A DNA stretch of 64,000 nt from assembly GCA_963751455.1 (NCBI GenBank), contig CAVVUN010000015.1, positions 1,536,001 to 1,600,000 of the forward strand, read 5' to 3'. Position 1 is the first letter of the stretch. Each line of letters starts with the position of its first letter. A program made the translations under genes and the position numbers. Below the pieces are notes generated by a model, which ran no database searches, was not told the DNA's origin, and worked only from the letters and a program-made list of their open reading frames with translations. Origin of the DNA: Nitrospirota bacterium (GTDB taxonomy: Bacteria; Nitrospirota; UBA9217). Of the stretch, positions 19,825 through 29,354 are shown in pieces.

Positions 19825-20823
19825 ATGATAAATAAAACCCTTCACTCGATTCTTTCCGTACTTGACAAATATCCGATCATTGTCGGATCTCGCGAACTCT
19901 CAAAACAGCTAAAGCAGCACGGCGTGGAGCTGACCGAACGAACCGTGCGGTACTATCTGAAGAGGCTCGATGCGCGGGGCTATACCGAGGTGTTCGGCAA
20001 GGAAGGCAGGAAGATAACTCCGAGAGGAAGAGAGGAACTGAGCAATTCACTCGTTTCGGATAAGGTGGGATTTGTTATCAGCCGGATAGAAACGCTCTCC
20101 TACCTGACTTCGCTTGATATGGCGACGATGGAAGGGGATATTATCCTGAATATATCGTATTTTCCCAAGAATAAATTTAGTAAGGCAATGGATCTGCTGA
20201 AACCTGTCTTTGCTTCTCCGTATGTAATGAGCGATCGTGTTATGGTGGCTTCCAACGGAGATACCATCAACGATATCCCGGTCCCGAGGGGGATGGCTGC
20301 GCTCGGCACTGTCTGCAGCGTCACGATCAACGGCATATTTCTCAAAGCAGGAATCCCGGTAACGTCCCGGTTCGGCGGAGTCGTTGAGACTGCTGATGGG
20401 GCGCCAAAGCGGTTCGTGTCCGTCATCAGTTACGATGGATCGTCGCTGGATCCGCTTGAAATGTTCATTAAGAGTAAAATGACAGCGGTATCAAAAGCGG
20501 TTAATGGACGGTCCGGAAGAATTCTGGCCAGTTTCAGAGAAATTCCGGTTGTCTGCCTGGAAAAGGCAAAAAAACTCGCGAAGAGTATGACGGAAAGGGG
20601 AATCCGGGGCATTCTGATGATCGGAAGTCCGAACAAGCCTCTGCTCGAGATTCCTGTAGGAATTGACAAAGTGGGGGTTGTGATCGTTGGCGGCCTTAAT
20701 CCAATTGCTGTTCTGGAGGAGAACGGTATTGTCACCGACAGTAAAGCCATGTCCACGCTCTACGATTATACACGGCTCGTCTCATTCAGAAATGTTGCCA
20801 GGAACGGCCTTTCCCCAGCTTAA
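19825..20823 (+). CDS. nrpR: NrpR-family (DUF128) nitrogen regulator, wHTH + NRD domain
   Basis: LTERTVRYYL, ITPRGREEL, TVCSVTINGIFLKAGIP, YDGSSLDP, GGLNPIA. Confidence 0.88.
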   Translation: MINKTLHSILSVLDKYPIIVGSRELSKQLKQHGVELTERTVRYYLKRLDARGYTEVFGKEGRKITPRGREELSNSLVSDKVGFVISRIETLSYLTSLDMATMEGDIILNISYFPKNKFSKAMDLLKPVFASPYVMSDRVMVASNGDTINDIPVPRGMAALGTVCSVTINGIFLKAGIPVTSRFGGVVETADGAPKRFVSVISYDGSSLDPLEMFIKSKMTAVSKAVNGRSGRILASFREIPVVCLEKAKKLAKSMTERGIRGILMIGSPNKPLLEIPVGIDKVGVVIVGGLNPIAVLEENGIVTDSKAMSTLYDYTRLVSFRNVARNGLSPA

Positions 20824-21022
20824 TATCCTGATCCCGACAACTATTTAGGCTGTGTGGATCTATTCCCTTTTTTGATGGCATTATATTGCCGTGCAAACAC
20901 CGTGGGAGTCAGTCCTGCTGTCCGAACGCCCGCTGCGTCGGGATGGGCTTTTCTGATGTCCCAATAGGTCGAAATTGCGCCCGCGCTAAAAATTTCTTCT
21001 TTCTTCTCCCTGTAATTTTTTC

Positions 21023-21052
21023 TTGACACTCGAGCAGAAACCGGTGTATTGT
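21023..21052 (+). promoter_or_regulatory. Sigma70 promoter of the mvhD-metVF operon
   Basis: TTGACA, 18 nt, TATTGT. Confidence 0.6.
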
Positions 21053-21080
21053 ACTTTTCGACGGCAACGTTTTGCCGACG

Positions 21081-21110
21081 AAAAAGCCCCTCAGGGAGGG
21101 GCTTTTTTTT
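21081..21110 (+). terminator. Terminator hairpin in the mvhD leader
   Basis: AAAAAGCCCCTC-AGG-GAGGGGCTTTTTTTT. Confidence 0.8.
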
Positions 21111-21150
21111 GCCGCATTTTTAGGCAATCGATAGCGAAGAAGAGGCGGGA

Positions 21151-21609
21151 ATGAAGAAAGCGAACGAGTCAGAATACGCGCCCCGAATCGTGGTGGCTTA
21201 TTGTCATAATACGGTATCGCCCACCGAGGAACTGCGTGAGGGACAATATTCGGGAAAAGGGTTCAGCGCTTTTTTTGCCGCGCTGCCCTGTTCGAGCAAA
21301 ATTGAACCCTCCTATCCGGTTAAAATTCTGGCCGACGGGGCGGACGGAGTGGTGATTGTGGCATGTCCGGAGAGCCGCTGCAGGTTTATGGTAGGCAGTG
21401 TTCGGGCAGAGAAAAGGGTCAACTATGTGCGGGCCCTTTTGGATCAAGCGAAAATCGGCGCCGAGCGCGTCACCTTGGAACGCGGTGAAAGCCTTTCGAC
21501 AAAAGATCTTCTGGAGATCGCGCAGCGTCGTGTAAAGCCGTTGAATTTATTGGGACCCAATCCCATGAAAACATCAAAAAGAACCACAGAGCCCATCGAG
21601 AAAAAATAA
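21151..21609 (+). CDS. mvhD: MvhD/FlpD-type [2Fe-2S] subunit
   Basis: AYC..LPCSSKI..GADGVVIVACPESRCRF..G..ERV. Confidence 0.85.
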   Translation: MKKANESEYAPRIVVAYCHNTVSPTEELREGQYSGKGFSAFFAALPCSSKIEPSYPVKILADGADGVVIVACPESRCRFMVGSVRAEKRVNYVRALLDQAKIGAERVTLERGESLSTKDLLEIAQRRVKPLNLLGPNPMKTSKRTTEPIEKK

Positions 21610-21661
21610 ATAATCAACATCTCTGTGTTATCGAGTAACATCCCATAAGGGGGAATGGAAA

Positions 21662-22333
21662 ATGATCATAGCTGAATGGAAACCCCTGTCCGAACTGGTG
21701 GAAAAGCTGAAGGGGCATTCCAAAGTTCTGGTTGCAGGCTGCGCGACCTGTGTCGCCGAATGCGCCGCCGGCGGTGAACGTGAAGTGGAGACCCTGGCGC
21801 CGCTGCTGCAGATGGCCCTGCAGAAAGAAGGCTGCACCGTTACTGTTCGTACCAAGACGTTGGAGCGTCAGTGCGAATGGGAATTTGTGGAACAACTGGC
21901 CGATGTGGTGCCCGAGGTTGACGCAATCGTGAGTCTTGCCTGCGGCATCGGTGTTCAAGCACTGGCCGAGCGGTTCCCTGATCTATCGGTTTATCCCGGA
22001 GTGAACACAACCTCTCTGGCAATCCGGCAAGAGCCCGGAATCTGGCTTGCACGGTGCGCCGCGTGCGGCGATTGCGTTCTGGGCGAGACCTTCGGCCTGT
22101 GTCCGATCGCCCGCTGCGCAAAAAGCCTGTCGAACGGGCCGTGCGGCGGAACGAGAAAAGACGGGAAGTGCGAAATTGACGAGAACATCGACTGCGTCTG
22201 GTACCAGATCTACCAACGGGCAAAATCCCGGGGCAAGGTAGAGCAGCTCATAAAAGTCCGGAAGCCCAAGAACTGGTCGAACTCAGGCCACGGGGGCCCC
22301 AAACGGATGGTACGGGAGGATTTGCGGTCATGA
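21662..22333 (+). CDS. metV: Methylenetetrahydrofolate reductase small Fe-S subunit (MTHFR_C)
   Basis: GCATCVAECAAGG, RQCE, ACGIGVQ, CAACGDC..CPIARCAKSLSNGPCGG. Confidence 0.9.
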   Translation: MIIAEWKPLSELVEKLKGHSKVLVAGCATCVAECAAGGEREVETLAPLLQMALQKEGCTVTVRTKTLERQCEWEFVEQLADVVPEVDAIVSLACGIGVQALAERFPDLSVYPGVNTTSLAIRQEPGIWLARCAACGDCVLGETFGLCPIARCAKSLSNGPCGGTRKDGKCEIDENIDCVWYQIYQRAKSRGKVEQLIKVRKPKNWSNSGHGGPKRMVREDLRS

Positions 22334-23268
22334 CAAAAGCGGGTACCAGACTGGAAAAAACACTGCGCGCCGGGCATTTTGCCGTGACGGTCGAAGTGGG
22401 GCCGCCGCGCGGCGCTAATCCTGAAGATGTCGTGCGCAAGGCACGGACGCTCAAAGGCATTGCCGACGGATACAACGTCACCGACAACCAGACCGCAGTG
22501 GTGCGCTTGTCGAGCATTGCCGGCGCCCGGCTTCTGCTGGATGCCGGATGCGAGCCCGTCATGCAGATGACCTGCCGCGACCGCAACCGTATTGCCCTGC
22601 AGTCGGACCTGCTGGGCGCCTGGGCATTGGGAATGCGTAACTGCCTCTGCATTTCAGGCGACCATCAGAAAGCGAGCGCATCCGGAAAACTGAAAGGTCA
22701 TCCCGGCGCCAAGAACGTGTTTGACGTTGATTCGATCCAGTTGATCTCAATCATGAAAGATATGCGCGATGCGGGCGTTCTGGAGAGCGGGGACCCTATC
22801 TCCAGCCCCACGCCGTTTTTTATCGGTGCTGCGTGGACGCCGCTTGCACCGCCCGAGGAGTTCCGCGTACTGCGGCTTCAAAAGAAGATCGAGGCAGGTG
22901 CGGATTTTATTCAGACGCAGGCCGTATTCGACATGAAGCGGTTTGCGGCTGCGGTTTCAGCGGCGCGGGAGAGGGGCCTCACTGATAAAGCCGCCATTCT
23001 TGCGGGCATCATCGTTCCGAAATCAGCAAAGATGCTCGAATACATGAACGCCAATGTGCCGGGCGTGGAGGTTCCGGAATCCCTGATCAAGCGAATGGCC
23101 GGGGCCGCGAACCAGCGTGAGGAAGGGTTCAAGATTACAGTTGAGTTGATCCAGGCTGCCCGGGAGATTCCCGGTGTGAAGGGCGTGCATCTGCAGGCCA
23201 TCGAATCCGAAGAGGTACTGCCGGAGATCCTCAAATCTGCCGGACTCCTGCCGCGACCGCAAGTGTAA
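22330..23268 (+). CDS. metF: Methylenetetrahydrofolate reductase
   Basis: EVGPPRG, NVTDNQTA, QMTCRDRNRIALQSDL, KKIEAGADFIQTQ; ATGA overlap with metV. Confidence 0.95.
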   Translation: MTKAGTRLEKTLRAGHFAVTVEVGPPRGANPEDVVRKARTLKGIADGYNVTDNQTAVVRLSSIAGARLLLDAGCEPVMQMTCRDRNRIALQSDLLGAWALGMRNCLCISGDHQKASASGKLKGHPGAKNVFDVDSIQLISIMKDMRDAGVLESGDPISSPTPFFIGAAWTPLAPPEEFRVLRLQKKIEAGADFIQTQAVFDMKRFAAAVSAARERGLTDKAAILAGIIVPKSAKMLEYMNANVPGVEVPESLIKRMAGAANQREEGFKITVELIQAAREIPGVKGVHLQAIESEEVLPEILKSAGLLPRPQV

Positions 23269-23429
23269 ACTGACTCGGCCAAGTTTGAGCCAAAAAAGTC
23301 ACGGTATCGGTTACAACGCCCGTTTCGGTGAGCGGTCTATTTTTGGGCCAAGGCAACCATGTGCCGTAAAACCCGATAGCAAGAATTTGATCCGTAGCTG
23401 ACTACGTTCCCGGATGGTAATAAAACGAT

Positions 23430-26396
23430 ATGTCGAAGAAATATCACATCAAAGTTGAAAATGCGCCGGCCCGCTTTCCGGCCGTGGCCCGGTATTCCCA
23501 GTTGGAAACCGAGGGGTGTCTGGGCTGCCTTAAGTGCGTAAAACGTACCTCGTGCGTTTACTCCGTTCACGAAAAGCGCTCGTTCGATCCGGCCCAGATC
23601 GTGGATAAGGCCGATGCCGCGTGCGTGGGCTGCATGCAATGCGTCCAGGAATGCAAGAAGAACATTCTCAGCCGCGCAAAAAATCCCCGGTACGAAAAAA
23701 TGGGGAATGAGTACTGGACGCCGGCGCTCATTGCCGGCATCTGGAAGCAGGCAGAAACCGGCAAGATACCCGTATCCGGCGCCGGGTACCGCGGCCCGTT
23801 CAGCGGCCCGGGGTTCGATCGGATGTGGACCGACATGTCGGAAATCGTCAGGCCTACCCGCGATGGAATTCACGGCCGCGAATATATCAGTACGGTCATT
23901 GAACTCGGCCGAAAGCCCTCCAAGCTTGTTTTCGATGCTCAGGGCGGCATGGTGACCGAGCCTCCGCTGTTCATCGAACTGCCTCTTCCGATTGTAGTGG
24001 AAGCTCCGCGGTTCCCGCATGTATCGTCCCAAACAATCGAAGCCCTTGCCCAAGCAACGCATCGGAGCGGGACATTGATGCTTGTCGATGTGAAAGCCGC
24101 GCAGAATATTTCGCCCCGCCTGAGAAGCCGTGTGATGGTTATATTTAATCCGGAGAGGGATGATCCGGCCATTCTTAAAGACGTTCCAGCGGCCCAGATT
24201 GCCTATTCGGCAACCGTGCTGAAAGATATACAGAAACTAAAAAATGCAAAGCCTGATCTTGTTGTTTCCGTGCGCGTTCCCCTTGATGAAAATGCGGTAA
24301 AGCTTGCCAGCAAGCTTGCTCTTGCCGGGGTTGAGATTATCCATCTGTATGCGGATGCAAACGGCAGGGGAGTAAAAAACCGAAAAGCCGATTTTGTGAC
24401 CACGCTGCTGAAGGAAGTGCATTTCAAACTGGTCGATGAAGGCGTGCGCCAACAAGTGACAGTCCTGGTTTCCGGCGGCATTGCCATGGCCGAACATGTT
24501 GCCAAGGCGATACTCTGCGGGGCTGACGGCGTGGGCGCGGACATTGCGGTTTTGATCGCGATGGAATGCCGTTTATGCAAGGAATGCAATTCTGCCATTG
24601 CCTGCCCGGTAGACCTGGGCACGGTCCCGGTGGAATGGGCCGAGAAGCGGATCGTGAACCTGCTCGGTTCGTGGCACTCCCAACTGATCGAACTGATGGG
24701 CGCCATGGGTATCCGCGAGGTACGCCGTTTGCGGGGAGAACTGGGCAGGGCAATGTTTTTTGAAGACCTGGAGCGGGAGAATTTCGGCCCGCTGTTCGGA
24801 GAACGGGTGACGGGAAACCATGCAAAACCGCTGGTACTTCGTGACACCCCGCCGCCGGTTCACGGCAACGGACACGTGGAAACGCCGGGCGGTATTCATC
24901 TGGAAGTCAAAACCACTCCTTCCCGCTATCGCAACAAGTTCGGCAAGTTTAAAGTTGTGCGGACTTCCGCCTGCATTGCATGCGGTAAGTGCGCCGAGGT
25001 GTGCGCTTACGGCGTTCTGGTCAAGGCCGGCAGCCGCATGCTTGCCCCCAAATCTCATTTGTGTGTGGGCCGGGAACATTGCCGAAGCAAAAAACGGTTC
25101 TGCGCCGACAATTGCCCGAAAACTGCCCTGCGTGTAGGCAGAGATCCGGTTTTCGAAACGCTCGGAGATTCGCGGTGGACCCCGGATCTTCTGCTGGCGA
25201 CCTGGCATCAGGCCGAGACCGGCCGTCCGCCGAAAGGCGGACTGGAGTACCGGGTGGGAAATTCGGGCGGCGGGTTCGATTGCATGGACTTCAATTTCCC
25301 CGAGCAGCATCCGGATCCTTCTCTGAAGCCGCAGGACATAGACTTGTCCATTCCGCTTAATCGCAGGAAGGACGGCCGGCCCGAGGTGAAGATCGGGTTC
25401 CCGGTCTACGGCGGCGGAATGAGTTTCGGGTCCGTGAGCCTCACCACTATCGTTTCACGAGCGCGTGCGTACACAGCGATGAATTCATTCACCTGCACCG
25501 GTGAAGGCGGTTATCCGGAGGAGCTCAAACCGTACGATGATCATGTTATTACTCAGGTGGCGACCGGGCTGTTCGGAGTCCGCGAGGAAACCATTCAGCG
25601 GGTGCGCATCGTCGAATTCAAATATGCGCAGGGCGCGAAGCCGGGTCTCGGCGGTCACCTGCTCGGCGACAAGGTAACGCCTTCAGTGGCGAAAATGCGG
25701 GAAGCCGTGGTCGGTTCGGCCCTCTTTTCTCCGTTCCCGTTTCACTCGGTCTATTCGGTGGAGGACCACAAAAAGCATGTCGATTGGATGAAGGTGATCA
25801 ATCCCCGCGCCCTGGTTTCGGTCAAGGTTTCCACGCCTTCGGACGTGGACATGGTGGCCGTCGGTAGTTTTTACGCAGGCGCAAACATCATCCATCTTGA
25901 CGGAAGCTATGGAGGCACCGGCGCCGCACCGGACATCGCTAAAAAGAATATCGCGATGCCGATAGAATACGCCATACCCAAAGTGCACCGTTTTCTGATG
26001 AACGAGGGGATCCGCGACGAGATGACGCTGATCGTCTCGGGCGGCTTGCGTACTGCCTGGGATGTTGCCAAGGCGATTGCGCTTGGCGCCGACGGCGTCG
26101 TGATCGGCACGGCAGACATGGTGGCGCTCGAATGCATCCGGTGCGCAAATTGCGAGAGCGGACGGGGGTGTCCGCGCGGCATAGCCACAACCGATCCTGT
26201 ACTGACCAAGATGTATGACGAGGCGTGGGGCTCGCAGAGGCTCATAAATCTTTACCATTCCTGGATGCTGCAGCTCCAGGACATTCTCTGGCGTTTCGGC
26301 ATGAAGAGCGTGCGGGAACTGGTGGGTCGTTCGGACCTGTTAACGCACCGCGACTACGAGAAACGCACGGAATACCGGCGGGCGGAGTCAGGGTAA
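23430..26396 (+). CDS. Glutamate synthase-related protein with two tandem ferredoxin + FMN-binding modules
   Basis: CVGCMQCVQEC and CIACGKCAEVC ferredoxin motifs; second barrel has GMSFGS, TGEGG, EFKYAQGAKPGLGGHL, GGTGAA, CIRCANCESGRGCPRGIAT. Confidence 0.88.
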   Translation: MSKKYHIKVENAPARFPAVARYSQLETEGCLGCLKCVKRTSCVYSVHEKRSFDPAQIVDKADAACVGCMQCVQECKKNILSRAKNPRYEKMGNEYWTPALIAGIWKQAETGKIPVSGAGYRGPFSGPGFDRMWTDMSEIVRPTRDGIHGREYISTVIELGRKPSKLVFDAQGGMVTEPPLFIELPLPIVVEAPRFPHVSSQTIEALAQATHRSGTLMLVDVKAAQNISPRLRSRVMVIFNPERDDPAILKDVPAAQIAYSATVLKDIQKLKNAKPDLVVSVRVPLDENAVKLASKLALAGVEIIHLYADANGRGVKNRKADFVTTLLKEVHFKLVDEGVRQQVTVLVSGGIAMAEHVAKAILCGADGVGADIAVLIAMECRLCKECNSAIACPVDLGTVPVEWAEKRIVNLLGSWHSQLIELMGAMGIREVRRLRGELGRAMFFEDLERENFGPLFGERVTGNHAKPLVLRDTPPPVHGNGHVETPGGIHLEVKTTPSRYRNKFGKFKVVRTSACIACGKCAEVCAYGVLVKAGSRMLAPKSHLCVGREHCRSKKRFCADNCPKTALRVGRDPVFETLGDSRWTPDLLLATWHQAETGRPPKGGLEYRVGNSGGGFDCMDFNFPEQHPDPSLKPQDIDLSIPLNRRKDGRPEVKIGFPVYGGGMSFGSVSLTTIVSRARAYTAMNSFTCTGEGGYPEELKPYDDHVITQVATGLFGVREETIQRVRIVEFKYAQGAKPGLGGHLLGDKVTPSVAKMREAVVGSALFSPFPFHSVYSVEDHKKHVDWMKVINPRALVSVKVSTPSDVDMVAVGSFYAGANIIHLDGSYGGTGAAPDIAKKNIAMPIEYAIPKVHRFLMNEGIRDEMTLIVSGGLRTAWDVAKAIALGADGVVIGTADMVALECIRCANCESGRGCPRGIATTDPVLTKMYDEAWGSQRLINLYHSWMLQLQDILWRFGMKSVRELVGRSDLLTHRDYEKRTEYRRAESG

Positions 26397-29047
26397 TGAA
26401 AACTAAGATGAACACTATTTACAATTCGTGGCGCGGTACGGGCCGAGATCCGCGCTTCCCGGAAATTATTGCCGCATCGCGGGCCGGCCTTTTGACCGGC
26501 GCAGAACATGTACGGGAAAAAGACGCTGAGGAAGGCGGCTGCGGCGTGGTCGGGTTTGCAGCCACTGTGCCGGTGCGCGGGCGCCATATTTTCGAGCCGT
26601 CCATCCAGATGCACAACCGGGGTAACGGCAAAGGCGGCGGGATTGCTGCCGCTTCTCTTGAACCCGGGTACCTGGGAGTGGATGACGCGACCCTGCAAAA
26701 CGATTATATCCTCCAGATTGCGCTGATCGATCCGACCGCCGAGAAAGAGGTGGAGAAGTTCGGCATTGCCCCGTGGCTCCAGGTGGACCACAAAACCCGC
26801 ATACAACCCGTTGCGGACCACCGGGATGTCGGCCTGGATGTAAAGCCGCCGGATATCGTGAGATACTTTGTGCGCGTCAAGGACAAGGTGCTCAGCAAAT
26901 TTGCCAAGGAGCACGGATTGGAAAAATCCGACAGACGCCTGGTGGAGGATGAATTCATTTTTCGCAACAGTATTCAGATCAACCGCCGTTTTTACGCCTC
27001 CTTGGGCAACAAACGCGCCTTTGTAATGTCCCATGCGCGTAATCTCGTGATTTTCAAGATCGTGGGGTATGCTGAGCAGGTGGTGCAGTATTATCAGCTC
27101 TCCGATATGCGGGCCAGAATCTGGATCGCGCATCAGCGCTATCCCACCAAAGGCCGGGTATGGCATCCTGCGGGCGCACATCCGTTCATCGGGATGAATG
27201 AAGCGCTCGTCCATAACGGTGACTTTGCCAACTATTTCGGAGTGACCGAATACCTGCGGCAGCATAACCTCGTTCCCAATTTTTTGACCGATACGGAAGT
27301 CTCAGTTCTTCTTTTCGATCTGCTGACCCGCGTATACAATTATCCGCTTGAGTATGTGATCGAGGCAATGGCGCCTACGACAGAGAATGATTTCGATGCA
27401 TTGCCCGAACCGAAGAAGAAGATATACCGGGCCATTCAGGCGCAGCACATGCACGGATCGCCCGACGGCCCGTGGTTCTTCATCATCGCTCGGAGCAACC
27501 CGGACCAGCTTCAGTACCAGCTTCTGGGTATCACCGACACCTCAATGCTCAGACCGCAGGTGTTCGCGATCCAGGAGGGAGACGTATCCATCGGCCTGGT
27601 CGGTTCTGAAAAACAGGCCATCGATGCCACATTGAAATCCCTGGCCGAGGAGGACCCGCGCTTCCGTCATGTTGCCGACCGGTACTGGAATGCGCGCGGC
27701 GGCAGCCACACCGATGGCGGCGCGTTCGGTTTTACGGTAAAGACGGTCAACGGTAATACGATGCTTTCCTGTGCCGACAAATTCGGTAACCCCATCACTG
27801 CGCCGGCCGGTCAGTGGAGAATCGACGAGAAGGGGAGCATTACCATAGCTGAACAATGGCGCACCCGGATCGCAAACGGCCTTTCAAGCGGCAGCGCTGC
27901 CGAATTATTCAAGGATCTGACTACTGAGTTTCGCTCCTGGGGTCTTGACCAGGTTCGCGAAGCAATTGACGAGATTTGCACGGCTGCCGGCGGCGGTGAT
28001 CGGAATTTAGAGGCGGCTCTGGAGGTGCTCTCGCTCCTGCAGGACCGCCGATACGATTGCGGCCCCAATAAAAGAAGCGCGATTCTCCACCTTATTCAGG
28101 GAGGGATTGACCGGCTTCTTGACTCGGTGCCGGCAATAACAAGCAACGGCTCCGGCCGATATCGCCGGGTGGATTTCTCCACACGCAATCAGCTTGCTGC
28201 GCCGCGGAGAGAAGACGCTATTCTGGTGGTCTTCAGCCGGGATTTCCAGCCTGAGGGGGACGATTGCGATGCCTTGCTGATGGTCCAGGCATACCGGCAG
28301 GGCTGGAAGCGGTTCATCGTGTACGGGCTGAAGGGTCAGCGGTTCACCGGATGCAGCTTCGGACCTGCATCCGATGGGGTCCGCATCGACGTATACGGCA
28401 GTTCAGGCGACTATATAGCATCCGGCATCGACGGAATGGAACTCCATATTCACGGCAACGGCCAGGACCAACTCGGTCAGATACTCAAACGCGGTACGCT
28501 CGTGGTTCACGGCGATGTGGGCCAGGCGTTCATGTATGGTGCAAAAGGCGGCGAGATATTCATCATGGGCAATGCAGCCGGCCGTCCGCTGATCAATGCA
28601 GCGGGCCGTCCGCGCGTCATCATCAACGGAACCTGCCTCGATTTTCTCGCGGAGTCTTTTATGGCCGGCGATCCCTTCAACGGCGGCGGGTTCGTTGTGC
28701 TGAACGGAATAGAATTCGACGACCGTGGCACGGTCCGCGACCAGCATTCGCCGTACCCTGGAGCAAACCTTTTTTCGCTTGCCTCGGGCGGGGCAATTTA
28801 CGTACGGGACCCTCATTCCACAATCGGCAAAGATAAGCTGAACGGCGCCGAGTTCGCCGAAATGACCAATGAGGATTGGAACCTGATTGAGCCATATCTT
28901 CGTAAAAACGAGCTGCATTTCGGTATTTCCATCGAACGAGATCTGCTCGTTATTGACGGCAAACCCAGTTCGCCGCTGTCGGTCTACCGGAAAGTGCGTC
29001 CGGTGAAAGTGGCGGCCCTTGCGAAGCAAACTGTTCCTGCTGATTAA
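26396..29047 (+). CDS. Glutamate synthase-type Ntn amidotransferase + GXGXG domain protein
   Basis: EEGGCGVVG (Ntn Cys after a propeptide), AHQRYPT, VHNGDFAN, C-terminal GXGXG repeats; TAATG overlap with the upstream gene. Confidence 0.88.
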   Translation: MKTKMNTIYNSWRGTGRDPRFPEIIAASRAGLLTGAEHVREKDAEEGGCGVVGFAATVPVRGRHIFEPSIQMHNRGNGKGGGIAAASLEPGYLGVDDATLQNDYILQIALIDPTAEKEVEKFGIAPWLQVDHKTRIQPVADHRDVGLDVKPPDIVRYFVRVKDKVLSKFAKEHGLEKSDRRLVEDEFIFRNSIQINRRFYASLGNKRAFVMSHARNLVIFKIVGYAEQVVQYYQLSDMRARIWIAHQRYPTKGRVWHPAGAHPFIGMNEALVHNGDFANYFGVTEYLRQHNLVPNFLTDTEVSVLLFDLLTRVYNYPLEYVIEAMAPTTENDFDALPEPKKKIYRAIQAQHMHGSPDGPWFFIIARSNPDQLQYQLLGITDTSMLRPQVFAIQEGDVSIGLVGSEKQAIDATLKSLAEEDPRFRHVADRYWNARGGSHTDGGAFGFTVKTVNGNTMLSCADKFGNPITAPAGQWRIDEKGSITIAEQWRTRIANGLSSGSAAELFKDLTTEFRSWGLDQVREAIDEICTAAGGGDRNLEAALEVLSLLQDRRYDCGPNKRSAILHLIQGGIDRLLDSVPAITSNGSGRYRRVDFSTRNQLAAPRREDAILVVFSRDFQPEGDDCDALLMVQAYRQGWKRFIVYGLKGQRFTGCSFGPASDGVRIDVYGSSGDYIASGIDGMELHIHGNGQDQLGQILKRGTLVVHGDVGQAFMYGAKGGEIFIMGNAAGRPLINAAGRPRVIINGTCLDFLAESFMAGDPFNGGGFVVLNGIEFDDRGTVRDQHSPYPGANLFSLASGGAIYVRDPHSTIGKDKLNGAEFAEMTNEDWNLIEPYLRKNELHFGISIERDLLVIDGKPSSPLSVYRKVRPVKVAALAKQTVPAD

Positions 29048-29097
29048 AACCCTACCCTAACGTGGGCACTCAGGCCCCGAAAAGCCAAACACGAATT

Positions 29098-29134
29098 AAA
29101 GCCTGTCAGACTAGGTTATCTGACAGGTTTTTTT
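29098..29134 (+). terminator. Intrinsic terminator
   Basis: CCTGTCAGA-CTAGGTTA-TCTGACAGG followed by a T run. Confidence 0.85.
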
Positions 29135-29354
29135 ATTTGATGACGAGTCCAAATGCATTGGTTGCGGCTTTGTGCCGGTGTCAGCCCATGCGCGCGTGGG
29201 AGAAATAGCCCTTTGCCCGGACATGGTGAAGGGCTTTTTATTATTTGAAATTCATATTGATGCAATGGAAAAAATATTATATGCTATATGCGGATGATTC
29301 TGATTGGCAGAACCGTCTTATTATCATTCGGGAAATCGGTATAAGGAGCAAACC

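Noticed and set aside
20876-20890. Sigma54 promoter (TGGCA..TTGC)
   Set aside because: GG-GC spacing is 9 rather than 10; better explained as the GGCA-N6-TGCC palindrome.
26225-26395. Extended N-terminus of the 940-aa ORF
   Set aside because: Overlaps the upstream gene by about 170 nt; the TAATG-coupled start at 26396 is more plausible.
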